A model generated the notes under the pieces. The model saw only the letters and a list, made by a program, of their open reading frames with translations. It was not told where the DNA came from and ran no database searches. 64,000 bases of DNA from an uncultured Verrucomicrobia subdivision 3 bacterium (GTDB lineage: Bacteria; Verrucomicrobiota; Verrucomicrobiia; Limisphaerales; UBA11358). Location of the stretch: positions 1,364 through 65,363 of the forward strand of contig CAINLR010000048.1 in NCBI GenBank assembly GCA_903850425.1, given 5' to 3'. Positions within the stretch are counted from its first letter, which is position 1, and each line of letters starts with the position of its first letter. The translations under genes and the position numbers were made by a program. Positions 9,891 through 18,377 of the stretch are shown one piece after another.

Positions 9891-10295
9891 TCACGCCGCT
9901 TGGGGCGGCTGTTGTTTCACCAGCAGCGGAATACCCTGCTGCGATTCGTTGTCGAGGCGGATGTCCACGGAATAGAGCCCGGCCTCGGCAAATTTTAACT
10001 GTTGAAAATTGACGATGAAATTGCGCGTGAGAAAGTGCGCGTCATCCGGCAGCACGACCGGCACGGGCAGATCAATGCCCTGCATGATGGGGCGGCCGTC
10101 GGCGTTGATGAAATTCACGCCGAGTTTGCGCTCGCCTTCGTCGCCGGGCATGAAGGTCACACGCAGGGCGACGGCGCACTGCGGATGCACGGCGGGCAGT
10201 TGTGGCGCGTAGATGGTGTCGAACGCGCCGAGGAGGTTGAGCTTGCCGTTGTCGTCCGTCGCCGCGTCGCATAGCACCGCCACTTGAATGTTCAT
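9891..10295 (-). CDS. Conserved hypothetical protein (DUF6941-like beta-sandwich)
   Basis: LCDAATDDNGKLNLLGAFDTI motif; ATG at 10295. Confidence 0.75.
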   Translation of the reverse strand: MNIQVAVLCDAATDDNGKLNLLGAFDTIYAPQLPAVHPQCAVALRVTFMPGDEGERKLGVNFINADGRPIMQGIDLPVPVVLPDDAHFLTRNFIVNFQQLKFAEAGLYSVDIRLDNESQQGIPLLVKQQPPQAA

Positions 10296-10492
10296 ACTGG
10301 AATAAAGACAGGAAACCCGCGCTTTGGCACGAATTACTTTTAGGGGAAACGGCGGCGGCGCGCCGGGCGGCCCAACCTTATTCGCCGGCCGCCAGCCCGG
10401 AATTGACAAAGTTTTCCCGGCTTTGCAGCATGGTGGCGGCATCGGGAAATTCCATGGATCATCAAGCGCCGGGCCACAAACACGTTATCACC

Positions 10493-11422
10493 ATGAAAGC
10501 AAAAATCATTATCCTGCTGGGCGCCGGCTTCTTGGCGGTGCCGGGCTCGGTCCGCGCGCAGGCGGACACGAACCAAGTGGAACATCTCAAGCAAGTCATC
10601 CAGCTCGTCCAGAATTTGAAGTATCAGTCGGGCGAAATCAATCTGCGGGGCGGGCTGGCCAAACTCACCGTGCCGAAGGAATTTAAGTTTCTCGGGCCGG
10701 ACGACGCCGAAACCGTGCTGGTGAAGTTATGGGGTAATCCGCCCCGGGACGAAAAGCCGCTCGGGCTGTTGATGCCGGCGGGACTGACGCCGTTGAGCAG
10801 CAATTGCTGGGTGGTGACGATGGCTTACAACGAGGACGGTTATGTGAAGGACAACGACGCGAGCAAGATCAATTACGACGACTTGCTCAAGCAGATGCAG
10901 GCTGGCATCGCGCAAAACAATAAGACGCGGCAGGAACAAGGTTATCCCGCCATCACCCTGGTCGGTTGGGCGGCGCCGCCGCATTACGATGCCGCCGCGC
11001 ATAAACTGTATTGGGCAAAACAGCTCAAGTTTGAAGGCGAGGAACCGGACACGCTGAATTACAGCATCCGGATGTTGGGCCGGAAAGGCGTGCTGGAGCT
11101 GAATGCCATCGCCGGGATCGGTCAGCTCGCCGAGATTGACCGGCAGACGCCGCAAATCCTCGGCATGGTGGATTTCAAGGAAGGCAGCCGCTATGCCGAC
11201 TTCGATCCGAAAGTGGACAAGGTGGCGACCTACGGCATCGCCGCGCTGGTGGCCGGCGGCGCTTTGGCGGTGGCGGCGAAGGCGGGATTTTTCAAGTTGC
11301 TGTTCGTCGGCCTGGTGGCGGCGAAAAAATTTGTCATCATCGGCGTGATTGCCGTGGTGGCGATGTTCAAGAAGTTTTTCAAACGCGGGGACAGCTCGAG
11401 TGGCGGACCGACCAGCAGCTAA
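10493..11422 (+). CDS. DUF2167 family membrane-anchored protein
   Basis: Signal peptide, LWGNPP, GYVKD, GWAAPPHYD, LNYSIRMLGRKGV, RYADFDP..DKVATYG, C-terminal TM. Confidence 0.88.
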   Translation: MKAKIIILLGAGFLAVPGSVRAQADTNQVEHLKQVIQLVQNLKYQSGEINLRGGLAKLTVPKEFKFLGPDDAETVLVKLWGNPPRDEKPLGLLMPAGLTPLSSNCWVVTMAYNEDGYVKDNDASKINYDDLLKQMQAGIAQNNKTRQEQGYPAITLVGWAAPPHYDAAAHKLYWAKQLKFEGEEPDTLNYSIRMLGRKGVLELNAIAGIGQLAEIDRQTPQILGMVDFKEGSRYADFDPKVDKVATYGIAALVAGGALAVAAKAGFFKLLFVGLVAAKKFVIIGVIAVVAMFKKFFKRGDSSSGGPTSS

Positions 11423-11424
11423 AT

Positions 11425-11769
11425 TCACCCCGGTGGCCAGGCCAGATGCCGGCCACCGAGAATGTGGCAGTGCAGGTGCGGCACGGTTTCGCCGCCGTCC
11501 GCGCCGTTGTTGATGACGAGCCGGTAGCCGCCTTGCTTCAAGCCTACCTGGTCTGCCACGACAGCGGCTTTGAGCAGCAGGTGGCCGAGCAGTTTGTGGT
11601 CGTCCGCCGTCGCCTCGGCGATGCGCGGCACGGGTTGCTTCGGGAAAATCAGGATGTGAACCGGGGCCTGCGGCTGGATGTCGCGGATGGCGAGGACGAG
11701 GTCGTCCTCATAGACAATCGCCGCCGGAATTTCGCGGGCAACGATTTTTTCAAACAAGGTTTTGCTCAT
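11425..11769 (-). CDS. hinT: Histidine triad nucleotide-binding protein
   Basis: HLHCHILGGR..WPPG HIT motif. Confidence 0.92.
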   Translation of the reverse strand: MSKTLFEKIVAREIPAAIVYEDDLVLAIRDIQPQAPVHILIFPKQPVPRIAEATADDHKLLGHLLLKAAVVADQVGLKQGGYRLVINNGADGGETVPHLHCHILGGRHLAWPPG

Positions 11770-11777
11770 GACTATTT

Positions 11778-11876
11778 TTGACGCGAATTTCGCTAGGTAA
11801 CGCGAAATAAAACCTGACGAACACGCGCTCTCAAATCAGCGTTCCCATCGCGTTAATTGGCGCCAGTCGCGTCAAA
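11778..11876. repeat. Degenerate inverted-repeat element (TTTGACGCGA...TCGCGTCAAA), nonamer-like arms
   Basis: 10-bp perfect terminal inverted repeat with internal about 9-bp periodic GCGAA units. Confidence 0.55.
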
Positions 11877-11880
11877 GTTT

Positions 11881-12435
11881 TTATTCCACGACGAGCGCGC
11901 ACTTGGGCGGTTCCGTCTCGGCGCTGAGACAGTGGCGGATAAACGCCACGATCTGGGCTTGCAATTGATCGCACCGACCGCTCCAGCGGCGGGCCCCGGC
12001 GAGTTGTTTCACACAGCCGCGCAGGCCGCGAAAACGCAACACGCGCGGTGCCAGGCGGAGTTGCGTGCGGAGTTCCTGCCGCAGGCGCGGATAGAAAAAA
12101 AGTTCCAGGCTGCCAGCGGCTTCGTGCGCGAATTGGCGGAGGTCGGCTTCAATGACGCTTGCGTCCGGGTTCTGGGCTTCGCCAGCGCAGAGGGTGAGGC
12201 CGAGGTGGCGCAGGACTTTTTCGAGCGCGACGGAAAATTCGCCGACGGTGACAGTTTCGCGCGCGAGTTCCTGTTTGAAATAATGAAAAACGCTCGCGGC
12301 GGCGTGCCGCAACAGGTCGGGTTCGAGCCAGTGGTCGTTGCCGATGACTTCCACGGAGATCATTTCGGCGGAGCAGGGAACACTTTCACCGCTGGCGAGT
12401 TGGAACAACAGGCAGTCGCTATGCAAGGCGATCAT
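11881..12435 (-). CDS. Conserved hypothetical protein downstream of nrdR
   Basis: 184 aa; ATGA overlap with nrdR; LRGCVKQL.GARRWS..C motif. Confidence 0.75.
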   Translation of the reverse strand: MIALHSDCLLFQLASGESVPCSAEMISVEVIGNDHWLEPDLLRHAAASVFHYFKQELARETVTVGEFSVALEKVLRHLGLTLCAGEAQNPDASVIEADLRQFAHEAAGSLELFFYPRLRQELRTQLRLAPRVLRFRGLRGCVKQLAGARRWSGRCDQLQAQIVAFIRHCLSAETEPPKCALVVE

Positions 12436-12887
12436 TGCATGGCCTCCAGTTTTTTGACTTCGGAAACAAAATCCGTGGCTTCCTGAAATCGCCGATACAC
12501 GCTGGCGAAACGCACATAGGCGACCTCGTCCATTTCCCGCAATCCTTTCATGACCATCGTGCCGATGAATTCGCCGGGCACCTCGGTCTCAAATTTGACG
12601 GTGACGGTGCCGACGATGAAATCCACCAGATCATCCATGGCTTTGGGCGTGACGGGGCGTTTCTGACAGGCTTTGCGGATGCCGGAAAGCAGTTTCTCGC
12701 GGGAAAATTCCTCATGCCGTCCGTCGCGTTTCAGCACCATGAGCCCTTCGTGTTCGAGTTCCTCGTAGGTGGTGAAACGGTGGGTGCAACCGGCACATTC
12801 GCGGCGACGACGGATGGTCGCGCCCTCCCGCGAGGCGCGCGAATCAATGACCTTATCATCCTGACAACCGCATTTGGGGCAACGCAT
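12432..12887 (-). CDS. nrdR: Transcriptional repressor NrdR
   Basis: MRCPKCG..DKVIDSR..IRRRRECAGC..RFTTYE zinc ribbon, ATP cone, VAYVRFASVY. Confidence 0.96.
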   Translation of the reverse strand: MRCPKCGCQDDKVIDSRASREGATIRRRRECAGCTHRFTTYEELEHEGLMVLKRDGRHEEFSREKLLSGIRKACQKRPVTPKAMDDLVDFIVGTVTVKFETEVPGEFIGTMVMKGLREMDEVAYVRFASVYRRFQEATDFVSEVKKLEAMQ

Positions 12888-13223
12888 AAAACCACTGCTA
12901 ATGGTGGCTGACAGTTTGTAGCACACAACGATTTGGGGTGTCAAGGCAGGCGCAGGAGGATTTCGCCGCAATTTTCAAGCTGATCAGTCACCATTCGGAT
13001 GACGGCGCGTCATCGGAGGCACCGTCACACATTGGACCGCCGTCCCGACCGCGCCCACGGACGAAGGCACCCACAAAACAGTCCCGATTTCTCCCGCGCT
13101 CGGAGCCTTTTTTCGGTTGATGGCGCAGGCAGGCAACAGCAATTGGCAAGCGGCGGAATTCCATGCCTTCAGCTCCAGCGGGCGTCCTGGAGTTGGTTCC
13201 AAGAAATCGGCGGTCGGCAGAAT

Positions 13224-14486
13224 TTATTTTTCTTCCACGCGCTGGATGCGCGCGCCGAGTTTCCGCAGCTTCACGTCCATCTGCTCGTAGCCGCGGTCCA
13301 AATGGTAAATGCGGTTCACCTGCGTCGAACCCTTGGCCGCCAAGCCGGCGATGACCAGCGCCGCTGACGCCCGCAGATCGCTCGCCATCACCGGCGCGCC
13401 GCTCAAGGGCTTGCCGCCTTTAATGATCGCGCTCGGTCCTTCAATTTCGATGTCCGCCCCCAGCCGCGCCAGTTCACTGACGTGCATGAAGCGCGATTCA
13501 AAGATCCGTTCCGTGATAATGCTGATGCCCTTGGCGAGCGCAAGCAGCGACATCATCTGTGCTTGAACGTCGGTCGGAAAACCGGAATACGGCAGCGTGG
13601 TCACATCCACCGGCTTCAATGTTCCGCTGCGGCGGACAATCATGTTGGCCCCGCTGCGTTCCACGGAAACGCCCGCTTCCTTCAACTTGTCAATGACGGC
13701 GCGCAAGTGGTCGGCGCGTCCGCCTTTGATGGTGATTTCGCCATTCGTCGCGCCCGCCGCCACCATGAACGTGGCCGTCTCGATGCGGTCGGGAATCACT
13801 TCGTGTTCCGCGCCGTGTAATTTTTTGACGCCGGTGATCGTGATGGTCGGACTGCCCACGCCGGCAATATTCGCGCCCATCGCATTCAGAAAATTCGCCA
13901 GATCCACCACTTCGGGTTCGCACGCCGCACTCTCAATGATCGTCACACCGTCCGCCAGCGCCGCCGCCATCATCACGTTCGCCGTGCCGAGCACCGTCGG
14001 GCCGGCGCGGCCGCCAAGGAACAGCGAATTGCCAGCCAGTTTTTTGGCCGTCGCGTCAATGTAGCCGCTTTCGATTTTGATCTTGGCGCCGAGCGCTTCA
14101 AAACCTTTCAGGTGCAGATTGATTGGCCGCGCGCCGATGATGCAGCCGCCCGGCAACGATACACGCGCCTGGCGCAACCGGCCGAGCAGCGGGCCCATGA
14201 TGCAGATCGAGCCGCGCATTTTGCGGACGAGATCGTAGTCCGCGTAGCCCTTGATCTTTTTGGCGTGGACGGTCAGCGTGCCGTTTTCGAATTTCACGGT
14301 TGCGCCGAGCGATTCCAAAATTTTCACCATGAACCGCGTGTCGCTCAGGTCCGGCACGCGCCGGACAATGCAGGGTTCATCCGTGAGCAGCGTTGCGGCC
14401 ATGATGGGCAACGCGGCATTCTTGCTGCCGCTGATGGTGACTTCGCCGTGCAGCGGCACGCCGCCTTTGATTAAAAAACTGTCCAT
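13224..14486 (-). CDS. murA: UDP-N-acetylglucosamine 1-carboxyvinyltransferase
   Basis: GSKNAALP, LPGGCIIGARP (catalytic Cys), FPTDVQ, DLRASA, HLDRGYE. Confidence 0.97.
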   Translation of the reverse strand: MDSFLIKGGVPLHGEVTISGSKNAALPIMAATLLTDEPCIVRRVPDLSDTRFMVKILESLGATVKFENGTLTVHAKKIKGYADYDLVRKMRGSICIMGPLLGRLRQARVSLPGGCIIGARPINLHLKGFEALGAKIKIESGYIDATAKKLAGNSLFLGGRAGPTVLGTANVMMAAALADGVTIIESAACEPEVVDLANFLNAMGANIAGVGSPTITITGVKKLHGAEHEVIPDRIETATFMVAAGATNGEITIKGGRADHLRAVIDKLKEAGVSVERSGANMIVRRSGTLKPVDVTTLPYSGFPTDVQAQMMSLLALAKGISIITERIFESRFMHVSELARLGADIEIEGPSAIIKGGKPLSGAPVMASDLRASAALVIAGLAAKGSTQVNRIYHLDRGYEQMDVKLRKLGARIQRVEEK

Positions 14487-14502
14487 GAGAAATTAAATCG
14501 GG

Positions 14503-14591
14503 TTAACCACGGATGGGCACAGATGCACACGGATCAGAAATTGCGCGGCGACAAAAAGAATCCGTGTTTACCCGTGTCCATCCGTGGTTAA
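14503..14591. repeat. Nonamer inverted-repeat element (AACCACGGAT[NNNCACGGAT-like]x3 ... reverse complement)
   Basis: ttaaccacggatgggcacagatgcacacggat ... atccgtgtttacccgtgtccatccgtggttaa between prmC and murA. Confidence 0.9.
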
Positions 14592-14598
14592 AAATTGT

Positions 14599-15486
14599 TC
14601 AGCGCCGCGCGACCAGAACTCTGGCGCGCTGACTGTAATCTTCCTGCACCGCTTCGACAATCCACTTTTCCATTTCAAAGATGGTTTTTATCGCATCGGC
14701 CTGGCCGTCGCCGAATTCCAGCATGATTTTGCCATCCGGTTTCAGGAAGTTTTTCGCCTCCGTCGCCAGCCGGCGATAAAAATCCAGGCCGTCCGTGCCG
14801 CCATCCAGCGCGGCGCGCGGATCAAAATCACGAACCTCGGGGTCGAGCGTCGCGATTTCCGCCGAGGCGATGTAAGGCGGATTGCTGACGATTAAGTCAA
14901 ACCGCGCTCCGCTTGCCAGCGCGGCAAAGCCATCGCCGTGCAAAAATTCAATCCGCCCAACCACGGTGTTGCGCGCGGCATTTTCCCTCGCCAGCGCCAG
15001 CGCCTCCGCCGAAATGTCCAGCGCCGTAATTTTGGCGTTCGGACATTTGGCCGCCATGGCGATGGCGATGCAGCCCGTGCCCGTGCCAAAATCCAGCGCG
15101 CTTGGCACAGCGTTTTGACAATTGGATGTTGAATGTTGAGTGTTGGGTGTTGAGTGTTTTCCCAACCACTGCCAGCCCAGTTCCGCCAGCATTTCAGTTT
15201 CGGGTCGCGGCACCAGTGCGTGGCGGCTCACAGCCATTTCAAAGCCGCAAAAGGAAGTCGAGCCGACGATGTGTTGCAGGGGTTCGCGCTGGCCGCGGCG
15301 TTTGACGAGCTCGCGCAAGGCGTCCGTTTCGGCGGTGGTGAGGATGCGGTCGAAATTGAGATACAATTTCATGCGCGGCATTTTCAGCACATGGGCGAGG
15401 AGTAGTTCCGTTTGCAGGCGCGGTGACTCGACATTTTTCTTGCCGAGAAAGTCGGTGCTTTTCTGAATGGCTTCGAGAACGGTCAC
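14599..15486 (-). CDS. prmC: Release factor glutamine methyltransferase
   Basis: EPLQHIVG, LVPRPETE, DFGTGTGC, SNPPY, ALDGG.DGL; contains a heptamer-derived insert. Confidence 0.95.
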   Translation of the reverse strand: MTVLEAIQKSTDFLGKKNVESPRLQTELLLAHVLKMPRMKLYLNFDRILTTAETDALRELVKRRGQREPLQHIVGSTSFCGFEMAVSRHALVPRPETEMLAELGWQWLGKHSTPNTQHSTSNCQNAVPSALDFGTGTGCIAIAMAAKCPNAKITALDISAEALALARENAARNTVVGRIEFLHGDGFAALASGARFDLIVSNPPYIASAEIATLDPEVRDFDPRAALDGGTDGLDFYRRLATEAKNFLKPDGKIMLEFGDGQADAIKTIFEMEKWIVEAVQEDYSQRARVLVARR

Positions 15487-15578
15487 GCGCAGAGGCTAAA
15501 CGCTCGCTGCCCGCCGCGCCAGCCAGCACATTTCGTTTGGGCGTGCGGCGACATGTCCGCGCACTCCGAAAGAATCAA

Positions 15579-16421
15579 CTAACGCAATTGAATCAGCCCG
15601 TTCACAAACTCCCAGTTCTCCTGCATCTGCTCGTCGTAAAGCTCCATGTGCCGGGGGCCAAGACCGAGCAATTGGAGGGCGTTTTGCAGTTCGGAATTGT
15701 TGGCGGCATCGCTTTCCGCCGGATGCTCGAAAATATGCGCCAGCGCGTTGCCCACACAGACCCCGGCCGCCGTCTTCTTGGCCGCGCCCGCCGCCGCCGG
15801 CTGGTGATGGAACCGCACCGCCAGCACTAATTGCGCGGGCAGTCTCCAGTTTTCCAGCAGGCACGCGCCGACTTCCGCGTGCGTGAAACCATAGGCGGAT
15901 TTTTCGCACTCCGTCACCTTCGCCCCGCTGCCGGCGGCCTGCGTGAGAAGTTGGCCATAGGCGGCCCCCTTGGCCTGGGCCAGCACCACGCGGCCAATGT
16001 CGTGCAGCAGGCCGGCGGTGAACAGCAGGTTGCTGTCTTCATCAATGTCCTCGGCGATGAATTTGCAGCCGAACGCCGTCGTCAGGCTGTGCTTCCAAAG
16101 CTGCGCGCCATCCAGGCCAGAATCTGCCGGCGGATTAAAGGACTTGTTGCCGGTGACGGCCGAGACCAGGGAGAAAATCGTCTGGAAGCCGACGCGCCCG
16201 ATGGCTTCCGGCACACTGGCCACGGGTTCACGGCCGGCGAAATAAACGCTGTTGCAATAATGCAGCAGCTTGGCGGTCAGCGCCGGGTCCAGCGCGATGA
16301 GTTCGCCCACCTCTTCGAGCGTGGTTTGTTCGTGGCGCAACGCTTCCAGCACCTTCGGCAAGACCTGCGGCGCTGGCGGCAGCACTTTGACTTCGCGCAA
16401 TAATTTATGAATGGCTTCCAT
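15579..16421 (-). CDS. HDOD domain protein
   Basis: LPPAPQV, DPALTAKLL, WKHSL, AGLLHDIGR, HAEVGA..WRLP. Confidence 0.9.
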   Translation of the reverse strand: MEAIHKLLREVKVLPPAPQVLPKVLEALRHEQTTLEEVGELIALDPALTAKLLHYCNSVYFAGREPVASVPEAIGRVGFQTIFSLVSAVTGNKSFNPPADSGLDGAQLWKHSLTTAFGCKFIAEDIDEDSNLLFTAGLLHDIGRVVLAQAKGAAYGQLLTQAAGSGAKVTECEKSAYGFTHAEVGACLLENWRLPAQLVLAVRFHHQPAAAGAAKKTAAGVCVGNALAHIFEHPAESDAANNSELQNALQLLGLGPRHMELYDEQMQENWEFVNGLIQLR

Positions 16422-16599
16422 AGTTGGCCCGCGCACCGGCAATCCTGACGGTGACGGAATCGCGTGTAATTTAGTTAGCCCGCAGGCTGATGCCCAGCAG
16501 TAACTGCACCCAGCAATCCAACCGGCCAACCGAATCAGAGTGGCGGACGCCGCCGTTCCGCGCGCCGGCCAGGTTTCCCGCGCTCGTTGGCCAGCGCCA

Positions 16600-17310
16600 T
16601 TACTGCGCGCTCCAGCGGTAGTCATAGCCGCCGGGCGGGTCATACGAAAGCGTGGCCCGGTCCGTCCGGGCGGCATCAAAATAAAAAGGAATGTAGCTGA
16701 CGTGCCCATCCACAAAACTGGTCAGGTTCATCGCCCCGTTGAAAGCGGAAGCCCGCTGCGGCGCGTGCCAGGAAAAACAAATCCACGCCGGCATTTCGCC
16801 AATCAAAATCGTTTTGGACGGCTCGCGGATGGCCGTCTCCTTGAGTCCGGCGATGCCGGCCAGATTAGTGCCGTTGACCTTTTTCAGATTGCCTGTGTTG
16901 TAATCGTAGCTGGAAAAATCCGAGCGCGCCTGTTCGTGCAGCGGGCTGTTGGTATAAGCCTCCTTGGCGCTCGTGGTATAAAACCAGTCGGCCGGACAGG
17001 CGAACACCAAGTCGTGCGGCGACGACACTCCCGCCAAGCCAACGTATCCCTTGACGACTGATTTATAGCCATTCCAAAGGTCCACGTTGCTTCTCACCAG
17101 ACTGGGCAGCGTCTGACCGTGGTCATCGGCATACATTTTCGCGCCCAGGCAGACTTGCTTCAGGTTGCTCGTGCAGACGGCGCGCTGGGCCGACGCCTTG
17201 GATTTGGCGAGCGCCGGCAGCAGCAACGCCGCCAGGCTCGCGATGATGGTCATCACCACCAGCAGTTCCATGAGGGTGAAAGCCTTCGGGATGACGCGTT
17301 GCCGGTTCAT
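16600..17310 (-). CDS. Prepilin-type N-terminal cleavage protein with C-terminal DG motif (PVC DUF1559-like)
   Basis: AFTLMELLVVMTIIASLAALLLPAL, C.SNLKQ, N..FVDGHV. Confidence 0.88.
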   Translation of the reverse strand: MNRQRVIPKAFTLMELLVVMTIIASLAALLLPALAKSKASAQRAVCTSNLKQVCLGAKMYADDHGQTLPSLVRSNVDLWNGYKSVVKGYVGLAGVSSPHDLVFACPADWFYTTSAKEAYTNSPLHEQARSDFSSYDYNTGNLKKVNGTNLAGIAGLKETAIREPSKTILIGEMPAWICFSWHAPQRASAFNGAMNLTSFVDGHVSYIPFYFDAARTDRATLSYDPPGGYDYRWSAQ

Positions 17311-17371
17311 GAGCGCTCACATTAACATTGTGCTAAAAAACTCGGGCGTGAAAAAACAACCGGCCACGGCG

Positions 17372-18259
17372 TCACGGCAGTTTCAGTTGCGTGTATTCCT
17401 TCCCCTCCACGCCCATGAGATATGCCAGAATCAGTTCCGGCAAATCCTTGCTGTAACCGCCTTCGAGCAGGGTGAACAGCGGCGTGTTCAGTTTGCGCAG
17501 CGTCGCGCCGAGCCAGTGGAAATCTTCGGGGAGCAATGTGCCTTCCGCCAGCGGATCGCGCAGATACGCATCGAACCCGGCGGATACGGCAATGAGGTCG
17601 GGCCGGTAGCTTCGCAGGTCGTCTAGCGCCGCAGCCAGCGTGGCGCGATAGGTTTCATGCGGCGCGTGTGGCGCAACTGGATAATTAAAGCAATTGTAGC
17701 CCGCGTTTACCGCTCCGGTCTCCGGATACGCCGGATGTTGATGAATGGAAAAAAATTCAATCCCCGGCCGGTTGAGTAAAATATTTTCGGTGCCGTTGCC
17801 ATGATGCACGTCGAAATCTAGCACGGCAACGCGCTTGGAACCCGTCGCCGCCGCTTCGAGCGCCGCGATGGCAATGTTGTTCAGATAGCAAAAGCCCATG
17901 GACTTCTCGCGCGTGGCGTGATGACCCGGCGGGCGCATGAGACTGAAAACACTTTCTCCCGCACGGGCCAGCCGCAAGGCATCCAGCGCGGCCGCAACGG
18001 AACTTCGAGCATAGGCCGCAATGTTCTCAAAGAAGGGCGTGTCGGCGTCAAAATCTCTCGGCTCGGCGAGGCGCGTGAGCACTTCCGGCGTGTGGGCGCG
18101 GAGGATTTGCTCGTCGGTCACGCTGGTCGGCGTGGCCCAAGTCAGCGGGACCGCCTTCTGGTTCCTGAGCAATTCGACCGAAGTGGTGATGCGCTGCGGG
18201 CGTTCGGGATGGCCGGCGCGCGCGTAGCCGGTGCACTGTTCATCGGTGATGATGGTCAC
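17372..18259 (-). CDS. Histone deacetylase family amidohydrolase
   Basis: HPERP, RPPGHHA, GFC, DFDVHHGNGT, SAGFD, LEGGY. Confidence 0.92.
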   Translation of the reverse strand: MTIITDEQCTGYARAGHPERPQRITTSVELLRNQKAVPLTWATPTSVTDEQILRAHTPEVLTRLAEPRDFDADTPFFENIAAYARSSVAAALDALRLARAGESVFSLMRPPGHHATREKSMGFCYLNNIAIAALEAAATGSKRVAVLDFDVHHGNGTENILLNRPGIEFFSIHQHPAYPETGAVNAGYNCFNYPVAPHAPHETYRATLAAALDDLRSYRPDLIAVSAGFDAYLRDPLAEGTLLPEDFHWLGATLRKLNTPLFTLLEGGYSKDLPELILAYLMGVEGKEYTQLKLP

Positions 18260-18377
18260 GCCGAAAATTTAACCACGAATAGCCGCGCAGGAACATGAAT
18301 TTTGTCTCGCCTCATACTAATTTACCAACCGCCTCCCCAGGACATTGGGCGACTCCGCAACAGGATCGGCACCGCCC

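Noticed and set aside
15536-15571. Short palindrome gtgcggcgacatgtccgcgcac between the HDOD gene and prmC
   Set aside because: A single degenerate copy in this window; it could be a REP remnant or a terminator, and I cannot support either.
17329-17340. TGTGCTAAAAAA upstream of the prepilin-like gene as a BlaI operator
   Set aside because: Only a half-site; the TTTAGCA arm is missing.
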